This document shows positions 26,106 through 38,700 of a stretch of DNA of 64,000 nt, in pieces. The translations under genes were made by a program, and so were the position numbers. This DNA comes from Phoronis australis. Its lineage: Eukaryota; Animalia; Phoronida. Every line of letters starts with the position of its first letter. The first letter of the stretch is position 1. Location of the stretch: the NCBI GenBank assembly GCA_002633005.1, contig NMRA01000255.1:529600-593599 (forward strand), in the 5' to 3' direction. The notes beneath the pieces are model-generated. The model did no database searches. It saw only the letters and a list, made by a program, of their open reading frames with translations, and was not told where the DNA came from.

Positions 26106-27616
26106 CAGATTACCACAATGTGAAACCTTCAAACTGCACTAAATTGACATTGTTTCAACCTGTGATCCCAACAAAATGAACACACAAGGTACACACAATT
26201 GGATGAAAGAAAATGAAATCTCGAAAATCCCATCAACGCGACAGATTCAGTTGCATAAAACTGAACCTCATACGATTACACTCATCTGGATAACAGCAAT
26301 CACACACTACTGCAGGCAAAGTTACAATTGTTGAACAATGCTTTGACCTACGGAACCGTGAGTAATAACCTAAGTTACACAATGGATGTTTTCTTTCAAA
26401 TGCATGACCAGTGACTGCTTGGCATGTAATCATCTCAACTGACAGGATGCTCAGCTGATTGATGAAGACAGAGAAACTGACAAATGCAGCATTAAAAGAA
26501 TCAACGAGGCTATTCGGATAAGGTAGTGTGTTTTAACATGCCAACTGAAATTGTCATGAACAGAGTCAAAGAAGTTACAAGTTATCGCGGGCTTCGAATT
26601 TCCTGATCACCACCCCACCTAGTGGTCATTAACTTCTGAAGATGGCTGTTGTGATAAGCTGAAACTGTTTTAAAAGAGGTGATTAACTCAACAGGTTGTG
26701 TCTCAAGAACTTGTCAAGTATTTGAAACTCTAACATTTTGTCCATTTAGTCATCAAAAAGAAATATCATCAACATTTAAAGAAAATTACTGTACTTAAAT
26801 TTAATTCCATCTAAAAATTACAAATTACAAATGAATCCATTCAGTACCAGTTAAGATGTCGCTAAAGTTCCATAAATGGAATGCTACATATATGTCTGGA
26901 CTCAATATAATAAGTTTAAAGAACACCACATAAAAATAAAACAGTGACACCAGTACAAATAATGTTGTGAACAGGTCCAGCCTGCTTTTCATGATTAAAT
27001 AATGGAGAATACATCGAAGAACGCTGTGACTCAGCTGCCATCACTTGTGAACATTGATACACATTATACACCAGCTGTCATAACTCGCAAAAGTCTTTAA
27101 TTCATAAAGTTTGAGAAATGAAATTTTGAGTGCCCGTGTTCTTGCTGCTCACCCAGTGATCTCAAATAAACAAACCATTATGCACTCACACCTTTCCCTG
27201 AAAACTGGATTCGTTTTCCATAACTTTGATAAAAACTAAAACATCATATCAGTTGTACTAATGAACATAATTAGCTCCAAAAGAATGAAAAATACTTTAG
27301 GGTTAAAAAGAACCAATATCTCACATTTTCATGAAAAGGCTAAATGAATCCAACCTAGATTCATTGTCACAAACTGTTGAGATATCCTAATTTTGAGCTG
27401 AGTTCTAGCTCACTGTCATCATACAACAATATTGTAATTCTTCCAAGAATATCAAAGTACCACAACATGACCACTGTATGCAGGAGATCCCCGTCTGTTA
27501 CACAGTTTCATCGATGTATCTCGTAATGCTCCAGCAGGGGTCACTGCAGCCCTAAAAGTACCAAATCTCCAGTTTTCTTCTGCATAAGTGCCACGAGACC
27601 TTGACACAAACTTTTC

Positions 27617-27725
27617 TCATGAAATGCTACAAGATTTTGATTCATTGTCCTCAAACTCCTCATCGTCACTTGGTAACCTGGGTATATTGTCCAGGACACG
27701 GAGAGAGGGAAGTGCTTGGAATATC
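27617..27725 (-). CDS. LRR gene terminal exon 6
   Basis: IFQALPSLRVLDNIPRLPSDDEEFEDNESKSCSIS*; ccatttttag acceptor. Confidence 0.88.
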
Positions 27726-30700
27726 CTAAAAATGGAAACACAGCACCAGTTATACCACAACAGGAGTTTCTGACAGTAAACACTATATATTTGGAAAAAG
27801 CAATATTTTTACCTTCCATGAACAACAAATGTATGCCCAGGTACTTCTTTAAAAACATGGGCCTATAAACACAAAATGTGCTGGCAATACTAATGTGAAA
27901 AGAAGATCAATATCTGTAGTTATAAGACTTTACATTAGCAATGGTATGGTTCAGTTTATTTCGTAGATAAGCCAAAAATGTGCTGAAATAAACTATGTCC
28001 TCGTAAGACACCCGCTGACAATGTCATTTTCGGAAACTCTACAAATCATGGAAATTTTTTATTGTTGTTTCTAATATAGGGCCATGCAAAATTCCTGATA
28101 CATAAGACATGTTTAGAAATGGATTTCTAATGTTTTCCCAGTTCAACAACTGATAATAAGTTTGGATTTGACATTCGTAGTGGCAAGAAGAAAACTTAGT
28201 CAAATTGTCAGTGGGATTCCACTGTAAAAACTGGAAAGTGGAGGACCTTGAAGGGCTTCTGCACATTAGTTTTCCATGAAGCTTGATAGAGATTCAAACG
28301 TTGAAAACACTGCCAACAACTGGAACAACTCAAGTTTGTGGGAGAATTCGAATTGACAACAGGCAGAATGTAAGTTTGGATAATTTTGTAAACAACCTCA
28401 AAGTTTTAAATAATGATGACTTCAGGTCAAAACGACTCAATCCATATACACTCGATGCAGAAAGAAGCAGAAGTCTGAGTTGTTCCTGCACCCTGACCTC
28501 ACCTTTGTCGGTAATTTTCCAGGAATGTGATGGGGTTACCACTCAAATCCAGAAGCAGTAAGTTGGTCATTTTTTTAAGATGCTCCAAACCCCTTAATGA
28601 CTGGATGTTGTTGTCAGTTAATATCAACTGCTCCACCTGAAGCATTCTGGGTAACCTAGCGAAGGCATCCAGGTGGTTTCCAGACATGTTGATTATTTTA
28701 CAGCTGAAAGTAGTCACGAAAATTGTATTAAGCCACAACACAAACAGAAAACAAATACTAGGCATTGACAGATAGAACACTTTATCTGAAGCCATTAATC
28801 AAGTCATGGGCAACTTGATTTGTGCCAAGTGCTTGTCTGCAGTCCTATTGAATTGAAAAGTTATGCAACACTAAACTGGTGTTAACACATATAAGAAAAT
28901 TGATGATTTTTAAATAAAAAGTATGAGGAGTAAGATAAGCAAGTCCCAATATTCACTTGACATAGAAGTATAAAAGAGTTTGTGGAGACAGTTTGAGATT
29001 CATAGATCCTTATAATTGAAAAAATGTTCATTGAAATTATAGACACATGGTGAACAGAGACACCTGGTGGCTGCCAAAAGTATTGTTCACAGGCTACTTT
29101 AATTTTTGACAATGTTGGACAAGACAACTAGTTCTTGTCTGTCAATCATCTAAGTTCTTAACAGGTCCTCCGGGAGGCAATTTGTTTGCAAGTGTTGGAT
29201 TTTATATTTTAACCTATTAAAAATAATTAAAAAATTATGGGTCATGGGTTGGAGAAATAAATGAAAAATATGGGCGGTGGGTACGAAATAAAAGTGCCTT
29301 CCCCCCCTCCCATACAGATTTTGCTGGAACAGCCCTCATTAATTTTAGATACAAATACACTTCAAATGTTTTGTTTGTTTTGTTTTAAGTATCGAACATA
29401 GCCTGTGACACTACCTGACTCAAGGTAAACATGTCATTATAGTTCAATACAAATTTGAACAGAAGTATAAAATGTTCACAAATGTTAGCTGCCTGAACAT
29501 CATCACGTACTGACATAAGTTCAACAAACTTAGGGTGTCAAGTTAAACAACTTTCTCTTGAGTTTTCAAGTAGTTGCTATTTCTAAAACTATTCTCATAT
29601 GTGTTATACAGTCGCTTGTAACATGTCACGAGTGTCACCAGTTGTTAAGTGTGCAGTCAAGAACAGACACTTAAAAATTTAATATCACTAAAATGCCAAA
29701 TTTCCAAGCACTTGACGAGGATGAACAGTGGGAAGCAGTGAAAGTTACAGAACACGGAGAAATAGTAACACAGTTGTTTTGTTAACTAGGTGGGCTACGA
29801 GACTTTAACCACTGACGACGTTTACGAAGATGAACTAAGAATTGTGTGTCACAACTCAAAGTTCACGGCTCTAAATCGAGAAGCACTGTGTACTTGAGCC
29901 TTACTACGACATGGCAACAGGTGCATTACATGACCTGTGGTGCCCGAACGAATTTCAGTTAGTAACGTCACCACCATGTCTTCATTTCCTTACAGAGTAT
30001 TATTTTAGCACCACTGGCCACATACTTCACCTTTGCCATACTATTGTCAAATACTTTAACTGAATAACTACAAGAACTCGAACTTTCGATGTGATAGTAA
30101 TGATTTGAAGATAGAAAATAACTCACTTAACAGCTATTTTGATATTTACATGTAAATTGATGGTCAAGTGCTTACTTCACGAGTTGTAACTTAACATTAT
30201 AAAATATTTCATATAACATTAACATCCCTGGAAAAATATGGAGTAAGCAAATTCAGTTGTTAAAACTGATGCATGTTACTTGCGATGAGGTATTCATCAC
30301 TTCACTTCCTAACATTGACAGCTTGAATTTTAGTCTCAATGATGAAAAAAATCAAAATTCATAAAAAGTTGAAGTCAGCAACACGCATTCAGTGTGATAG
30401 AAAGTAGGCTTGGCTCCCTGGTCTGTCCAGTTCTGGTGGGGCAAAGCTCATAATATACAAAGTCATGAGCTCTGAGGCTCAATGACCATGACCATCCATT
30501 AAATTGCTTATTAAGAGATATGATGAACTCAGCTGGATTTTCTTAGTGTTCACACAAAACCTGTGTCATTTCTGGGATATGCACACATTTGGTGGAGCCT
30601 TAAAAGAGCCAATGGGCTTGTTACGTCAGGAACCACCATTTATTTCACAGTTTACTATCAATAGGACAATAACATCAAGGACCACATTTTCACCCATTCC

Positions 30701-33700
30701 TTTTTGAATCACATACCACGGAAAGCTGAGAGACTGTAGATCAACCATCATGTTACACATGATGTTAATTTCCACGGCACGGCAGAGTCTTCGAAGAATT
30801 CTCACAAAGTTGGCCTTCTGGAAATCTTCACTCAGGTTTTGATAGGAAAGATTACACATCTAAAATAATGGATAAGCGAGCATTATGTATTTACTGATCA
30901 CTACAACAGTGACAGTGTGTAATAAAGATGTTCCACAAGCTGCAATAATAAAGTCAAGAGTTTTCTATATTTATCTCAGAAGCATCCTTATCATTGATTG
31001 ACACTAGAGAAGCCTTCTCTTGTCTACAACTGTTTTTCTGCGATAACCAATAGGTGTTTCTCACAGCGGAATGGTACTGGATATCCTTGTGGTCCAACAG
31101 GTAAACAGAAACAAAAACAGGGATGGGTCTAACAGCTACATGTATGTCAGTTTGCAACCAGCAAATGACTGTGTGAAAGTCAATAAGGTATTCATCTACT
31201 CAATAGGTATATAACGGATGGGCACCAAAGAAATGTACATACCACTGTGAGTAATATAACATTCACTAACACGTTATGTTTCAGTAATAGGGTTTAGGGG
31301 ATTGTAGCTGTTACAGTAATTATTTCCACCCCTGCTGATATCTATGACTGGTATGCAATTTCAATGTCATATGCACAACATAACTGCATGTAACACATAT
31401 CAATATCCATTTAAGTTGCGATTCTATCAGTAAATTTCATAAAAGCTCACTTCAACATTTTCCCAGTTTTCCATCTCATTTTGGTAGTCTCTCCGCTCCC
31501 TTCCTTTCAGGTCATGATGTATTAATGCACCCTGACTGTTCTCCAAAGTATAAAACATCCTTTCCTTGACTGAAGGACTCTCTCTCACTCTGGGTGCCTT
31601 GAGGTCATTTCCCCTGAGTTTAGCTAATCGAAGCTCATGCCAGTTGGTGAACTTGTATCTGTTGCTTGGCAACTGAAAATTAAAAGTACTACTACAAAAC
31701 CAGTAAACAGATGGGATCGTCCTACTTTAAATAAACATAATTTTTGTTTTTGCTAATAAACTAAACATAAAAGTACATAGTAGATGCAGCATAAGTTGCC
31801 TGCTCCATGTCTTTATCTGAAACATGTTATTAAGAATAAATTATAAATTTCTGAGTGCTTGTGAACCTACTCAACCGTATAACTACATGTAATCTGAATG
31901 TTCAGGCCCAGGGCAGTGTGAACCAACAGATATTTGAAGAATCTGCTGTTAATTCCTCAATCAAAAAACTCATTAACAGACACGTTGAGGAAATCCGCTC
32001 AGAATCATCACAGTTTTTAAAATCATCAACATCATTACCTTGCTACTAAAAAAGGACTTTGATGACAATATCAAGATCATAACTATTACCCGTATCTGTT
32101 ACTAAAAAATATCTGGTCAAATGTGCATTGCACTCATTCACTTACAATATCATGACCTCTGTAGGCAAACCTTAGACTTACCAATGGCATCAGTCCAAAA
32201 AAGAATTAGAGAACAATTACAGGATTCACAGACCAAACAAATATAACGGAAATGTGCATGATGACATGCGTGTTATCACTCAGCAGTAGTGGTACTTACA
32301 GGGTGTAAAATCTGATTGCCGTCACTTCGAGCCTGTTCATCTTTGTATGAGCTGGTGAGAACCAGGGGTAGATTGGTGCCACTGATGTCAGTCTGACTAG
32401 AGTCACCAGTCTGGGCACTGGTGCCACCTTCTGTGATAGAGCTGAAACAAACATGGTCTCCAGTTTCACACCGGATGCGGGACACACTGGATGTGACACA
32501 AACCACGACACTCAATTCTAGGCAGTTCAGGAAAATGGAAAAGCAAGAGGGCTATGTTAAATATGAAATCATGTCTTCATAAATCATCGGCAGGAGGATG
32601 TTTAATGATGACTATTGTGATGCGATTTGGTCCCCCAAATACGAATAGAAATGCATTCATGTCACATTTGGAAAATTTAGCAGCTTTTGCACTTTTTACA
32701 ATTCAAGTAATCACAGGGGCGATTTTGCACTCCAAATTTTTGCAAAATTATATGTTTTGATTAATCGGCGAGGTCCAACAATTGCACCCATTGTATGCTC
32801 CTAGAGAGTTGGAAAGGATTCAAGATCCATAGCCAGGTTATGAAAATCTGGCCTGATGGTCATTGCTTTCAATTTCGACATTTTTATTCATTGGACTGGA
32901 TCCAAAATGTCAAAATGACATTCGAATTGACACTTGAAGAGCACCTGTTACTTGGGCTTTGCATGTGAACAAGGCCAGGCTTTGGCTTTTAAAACAGCCA
33001 TGCATTGTCCTTTTGAAAAATAAAATTGTTACACAGTATGAAATGCTGTGGTAGACTTTAGACCTGGTAAATGTCAATTTCAACAATCCATTCAAAAATC
33101 CACTGTGATGTCCATTGTGACCACTGGCATTGACGACATACGTAACGTGGATGGACTATAACTAGCAAGGGAAGGTGGAAAAAGTTAAAGTACGAGTACG
33201 GATTTAACCTCATTTGTTTGGCAATTTTTTTTTCATAGCTTCTTTTTTACGAGCTCAAGTCTGGAAATTTATACGAATGGCAAATAAGCGATTACCGGTA
33301 TTTTAGAGCAGATACTTTCGCCTGCTTACAACACTAGCACATCAGGCAAGTTGATTTCCAGCCAGCACCAGGCCTCTTGTGTGATCAAATCACATACTGA
33401 AATCCAACAATTGGGGTTTCCAGGCTGTCTCTCTTTTCTACTACAAGAGTCAGACTGATCACAGCACACCATAAATTTTGTAACTTTACAGCACATTCCT
33501 TCAGTACAGGATTCATGTTAGGCATGTTCCCTGTATCACTTGGGCATTAATCTTAAAACTCTTGTTCGCCTCATTGTAGTGGTAGGCAATATTCAGTCTG
33601 GGTTAGTGGAAACATACCCATTTTGCCCATAGCGTATACCAAATTAGAAGAATTTGCAATTTTGGACATTCCAAATTGAAATGCACAGGCACCAGCTTAT

Positions 33701-33967
33701 ACTGATATGTAAATGATCATCGTTACTTGGTCTGGTCAGGTCTTGTTACTCTGAGACAGCATAACAGGCATTGGTCCACAACTTGGAAGAAAGGAAAATT
33801 CAGCTTGGATCTCAGTGTCCTAAAACTGATAGAAGGTTTTTATCATGTATCCAAGACAGCAGCACAATAATATTTCTAAACAAACCCAGAGCTTCAAGAT
33901 TTATGGGAAATTGCTACAAAGCAACATGAACACTGAAGGAAAAATCAAACATTTACCTTACTGACAT
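27617..33967 (-). CDS. Uncharacterised leucine-rich repeat protein (SDS22/U2A'-type LRRs plus LRRcap), 275 aa, C-terminal CaaX (CSIS)
   Basis: Minus-strand exons 33967-33957, 32441-32300, 31672-31451, 30859-30717, 28703-28503, 27725-27617 join in frame (828 nt) with GT-AG sites. LRRs VEQLILTDNNIQSLRGLEHL and LLLLDLSGNPI; LRRcap NYRQRIFQALPSLRVLD. In-frame TAG 9 nt before the ATG. Confidence 0.85.
28503..28703 (-). CDS. LRR gene coding exon 5
   Basis: CKIINMSGNHL...LILTDNNIQSLRGL...LDLSGNPITFLENYRQ; ctttcag / GTGAGG. Confidence 0.9.
30717..30859 (-). CDS. LRR gene coding exon 4
   Basis: MCNLSYQNLSEDFQKANFVRILRRL...LQSLSFP; attttag / GTATGT. Confidence 0.85.
31451..31672 (-). CDS. LRR gene coding exon 3
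   Basis: LPSNRYKFTNWHELRL...EMENWENVE; attttcag / GTGAGC. Confidence 0.82.
32300..32441 (-). CDS. LRR gene coding exon 2
   Basis: SITEGGTSAQTGDSSQTD...NQILHP; tttgtttcag / GTAAGT. Confidence 0.75.
33957..33967 (-). CDS. LRR gene coding exon 1 (ATG TCA GTA AG; whole exon 34021-33957)
   Basis: acceptor ttttgttttctacag, donor GTAAAT; phase 2 matches next exon. Confidence 0.6.
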
Positions 33968-34681
33968 GCTGAACTAAACGAACTGATTTCTTTCTTTACA
34001 TGTTCCTCTGTCTTGTATCAACTGTAGAAAACAAAAATTGTTTAAAGCCACATAAGAATAAATACACTGGATTTTGTATTTTTTTGAAGTTTGGTAGCAA
34101 TATTAATGTGAAAATCAAGGTAATGAAACATCATGAAATGCAACACTTGAATAAATAAGAGATTTAATGGTTCAGCAATAGTTCAAAAGACAGATGGCCC
34201 TTGAGCAGTATACTAGGATTAAAATGGATCATGTTGGAAATGACAGAATGCTGTCAATCACACTGCTCAGGTAATCCCAAAGGGTTGACCAATGTGTTCG
34301 GGGTTCTTGATTCAAGTTAGATGACGTGACGTAATTTTTGAATTGTGAAAATGGTAAAATAAAAACTGCAGTGGGGCCTAGCTCAACAAAAAATATGGTA
34401 GGGGCTTGCAGGTTAAGACTCCTTAATTCTGCACTCTATAGTTACAACTCAGTGACATGATGACAGTCAAAAACAGAGTAAGTAAGCAAGTAATTTAAAA
34501 ACGTTTATTTTTAAATTGAGCATAGCAGCTCAAAATTTAACCGTGATGGTTAAATTTGAGTGTGGGCTCATATGCCCCACTGTAAGCTGTGTAAAAATGA
34601 CCAGTTAATAGTGTAGGCAACTGAACAAAAGACTGTTGGAAAAAAGTGGGAGGGCTTTAAACAGTCGAATACATAGTCATA

Positions 34682-34774
34682 GGTCCCTGATTTGAGGACC
34701 AGATACTCCCACTGAATAACGGATGTTATTCAGTGGGAGTAAATGGTTCTCGTATCAATTTCAAATCAGGGACC
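34682..34774. repeat. Near-perfect hairpin
   Basis: 17-bp perfect stem tactcccactgaataac/gttattcagtgggagta with 4-nt loop; outer 14-bp stem ggtccctgatttga/tcaaatcagggacc. Confidence 0.8.
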
Positions 34775-35202
34775 GACCTATCCGACTTTTACCAAAAAGT
34801 TTGTAGTATTTGTAGAGATCCGACAGCATCCCAGGCCAAGCCCGGCCAAGGTGTCGCCTCAACTCAAGGACAATGGTGCTAAAGGTTCACTTACAGCAAC
34901 ATGACATTGATGGTTTAATCAGTGTGAGACATAATTTGACGCAACGGTTCTGGCCTATATGGCAACCCTATCGGATTGCCACCGTATAGTATTGGGGACA
35001 CTTGAGAGGGTGGTACTGTTGTCTAGTGACTCTAGTGTTGAGTGTCGGTTAGTCTGAGAATGAGTCGGTCAGTGAAATGAGTGACAGCGTGATTAATGTT
35101 CTTACGGCTTCGTCGTTTTTTTGGAGTTCATTGAGGGCAATACCATACGTTGGACTGCATGGGAAGCAATTGAATAGAGCTACTCCACAGTCAGCATTTT
35201 AC

Positions 35203-35362
35203 CTGAGAACATCTTGACATGAAGACCCTTCCTCAAGAACACTTGTGATTGACGTCAGATCCCTAGACTACAACCAAGCTTTTATAGACCTTAGCTGTCG
35301 ACTTTTTGTATCTTGTATACTCTCATTCTCGGTTTTGCATAATTTGAAGGTCTTTTGCCATA
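35203..35362 (-). other. Candidate non-coding 5' UTR exon of LRR gene
   Basis: Strong polypyrimidine acceptor (ctttttactgttttttgcttttttag) and CAG|GTAAAA donor; only short ORFs inside. Confidence 0.45.
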
Positions 35363-35460
35363 CTAAAAAAGCAAAAAACAGTAAAAAGTAACAGATTATT
35401 TTTTTAAAAGTGACATTTTACTCAACTGAAATAAAATTACATGTGCTTTATTTTCGAGCA

Positions 35461-35594
35461 AATTAGACTTTCTAAACGGAAGTGGTAACCACTGCGCATG
35501 TTTTCGACAAAAAATACTTCCGATTTTCGTCAGGGAGGCACGTGTGGGTTCGGATATTTAATATTTTTTTGTAAATGTCGACAGGGTAAAAGAC
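35461..35594. promoter_or_regulatory. Putative bidirectional promoter ATAD3 / LRR gene
   Basis: CGGAAGTG 35477-35484 and ACTTCCG 35516-35522 (ETS/GABP-like), TGCGCATG 35493-35500 (NRF1-like), CACGTG 35539-35544, between divergent genes. Confidence 0.55.
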
Positions 35595-35796
35595 ATGTCG
35601 TGGCTATTTGGTCTAAATAAGAACCAGCCCACAGGGCAAGTTCCAGACATACAACTTCCAACTCCCCCTGCTTCGGGAGGCGACGGTCAGGGTGGTGACC
35701 AGGGAACCGGCGGCTCGACGAAAATGGAAGCTTACCGGTTCGACTCGGCGGCATTGGAAAGAGCAGCAAAAGCTGCCCAGCAATTAGAAAGATCAA
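35595..35796 (+). CDS. ATAD3: ATAD3 exon 1
   Basis: MSWLFGLNK...[19 protein letters not shown]; GTAAGT. Confidence 0.95.
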
Positions 35797-38700
35797 GTAA
35801 GTTTCCAGAGAGGCGGTCTCATGCGTTGTGCATTTTAGTGTGTCAGACTCGCCATGTATTCTGCTAGGCATTTGAGAACAAGGTCATGAAAGCCAAGGTG
35901 ATGCAACCTGGCTGTTAGGCAATGACCATCGCCTCTGTTGGCCCGAAGCAGAGGCGATGTAGAGGCTATAGGCGCTCTGTACGCCGGAAGCTTTTCGGCG
36001 AATTATGCCTCGCACCGACTAAACCATCAAAGTCACGTTGTTATAAATACCTTTTGCGCATAGAGGGACACCTTACGAGGTTGTCGATGTGTTAAATTCC
36101 TTCCAACTCGAACAAATACTCCTGTTATGAAACTTTTTCTTCGAGCAGTCCCTATTTCAGTTCCCAAAATTGTGAACTCAACTTTTTCATTTTTTTTAAC
36201 CAGGCCGAAGGTCAGAAGTTGCGGACCTACCGGCGAACTTTGAAAGCTGAAGTTCCCGCCCTTCGCGTACGTGCTGCCGGGAACCAGTCGTGCATTTGCC
36301 GTGTTGTTAAACATTAAAATGTCAAATATGTGCAAAAAGACTATTAAATGTCATATCAACAGCATTTGTTTTTATCAAATACAAACAATGATTCATTGAA
36401 ATACAATCAGTTTCAAGTAACGCCAATTAAAGACAAGTATAAGTGGTGGCATTTTGGAAACGAACATTTGACTGCCAAGACCGCAATGGCTCACCTTTGG
36501 CCTATTTAAAGATTGAGGTCATGAATTGGAGCGTGCGCAGTATAAAAAAGTTGAGTTCACGATTTTGGGAACTGAAATAGGGACTGCTCGAAGAAAAAGT
36601 TTCATAACGGGAGTATTTGTTCGAGTTGGAAGGAATTAAACACATCGGCAACCTCCTAAGGTGTTCCTCTATGCGCAAAAGGTATTTAGAACAACGTGAC
36701 TTTGATGGTTTAGTCGGTGCGAGGCAAAATTCGCCGAAAAGCTTCCGGCGTACAGAGCGCCTATAGCCTCTACATCGCCTCTGCTTCGGGCCAACAGAGG
36801 CGATGGTCATTGCCTACCTGGCTGTGTACATGTCAGAGTCAGTGTCAATGACCACCGTCTGTACTGTCACCAGCCTTAGTCAGAGACGGTGAAGCTCCTA
36901 TACAGGCTGAGCAAAGAATCATATGCTTCATATCTTACGCATGAACCATCTACGAACCCATGAATCATGCATACAAACAAACATCATGCGCAGTCCGACC
37001 ACAAAAATCAGGCATATAAGATCAAAATCATACACACGAGTATTGAATCACACGCCTGAACACTTTATTCGTTTGGTGGTTCGTGGGTATGACTTGGAAG
37101 CTCGTGTGTATGACTTCACACAAACACGTAAAACCTTTCTGCTGTCTTGGCTCAAAGTAGGCAATGACCATCGCCTCTGTTGGCCCGAACCAGAGGCGAT
37201 GCAGGGGCTATAGGCGCTCTCTATGCCGGAAGCTTTTCGGTGAATTATGCCTCGCACCGACTAAACCATCAAAGTCACGTTGTTATAAATACCTTTTGCG
37301 CATAGAGGAACACCTGAGGAGGTTGTCGATGTGTTTAATTCCTTCCAACTCGAACAAAAACTCCCATTATCAAACTTTTTCTTCGAGCAGTCCCTATTTC
37401 AGTTCCCAAAATCGTGAACTCACCATTTTTATACTGCGCACGCTCCAATTTTTACCGCGCTCGCTAGGTGGTGTGACTTCATGACCTCAATCTTTAAATA
37501 GGCCAAAGGTGAGCCATTGCGGTCTTGTCAGTCAAATGTTCGTTTCCAAAATGCCACCACTTATACTTGTCTTTAATTGGCGTTACTTGAAACTGATTGT
37601 ATTTCAATGAATTATTGTTTGTATTTGATAGAAATAAATGCTGTTGATATGACATTTAATAGTCTTTGTGCACATATTTGACATTTTTTATGTTTAACAC
37701 TTGTCACGGCAAATGCACTGCTGGTTCCCGGCAGCACGTACTTCAGCTTTCAAAGTTCGCCAGTAGGTCCGCAACTTTTGACCTTCGGCCTGGTTAATCA
37801 AATGAAAATGTTGATTTCACGATTTTGGGAACTAAAATAGGGACTGCTCGAAGAAAAGGTTTCATAACGGGAGTATTTGTTCGAGTTGGAAGGAATTAAA
37901 CACATCGACAACCTCCTAAGGTGTTCCTCTATGCGCAAAAGGTATTTATAGCAACGTGACTTTGATGGTTTAGTCGGTGCGAGGCATAATTCGCCGAAAA
38001 GCTTCCGGCGTACAGAGTGCCTATAGCCTCTGCATCGCCTCTGGTTTCGGGCCAACAGAGGCGATGGTCATTGCCTAGGCTCAAAGTGGCCTACTCAGTA
38101 GATTAAACTTTCGGCAATTCCATTGCCCTGGATGCCACAGGCATACAGGGGCGATAGAACATTCTCACAAAAAAGTTACTCATTTCAAAATACAGGAAAT
38201 AAAATCAAATGAAACATGCATATATGCACATGGAGTTATAAACAACTCATACCATTCAGTCAAGATAATTTGAACAAATCGATGAAAATCTATCGCGGTT
38301 TGCTCAAGTTTCTCTTACCGGGTGCCATTTTGAGGAAGTTACGTGAAATCACCCATGTTGAAGAATAAAATGTCCAAGGGACACAAATCTTACAAATTTC
38401 ACCTGATACCTTCTCATGCTACAGTAGCGGATCTAGGATATCACAAGGGGGGCCCAACATTTTGTCTGGCCGTAAACATTTTGCGCAAACTACGATTGTG
38501 TATGCGCATAGCACCGAATGGGGGCAAACCCCCCTCCCGTCCAGGAAATTTTTCTGTTTTTCTTCTAAAAATCAAGCATTTTCCTTGATTTCTGAAGTAT
38601 TATCCAAGAAAAAAAGGCAAAAAACGGGGAACTTGTCACACAGGAAAAACTGCGAGTTCCAGATTCGAACTCACGTCCTGGCTGATAGAACGGGCGTGCT

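Noticed and set aside
36502-38055. Three similar ORFs (MTIASVGP...RRKLFGE) suggesting a small gene family
   Set aside because: They are translations of the repeated TIRs; no transposase motifs and the frame differs between copies
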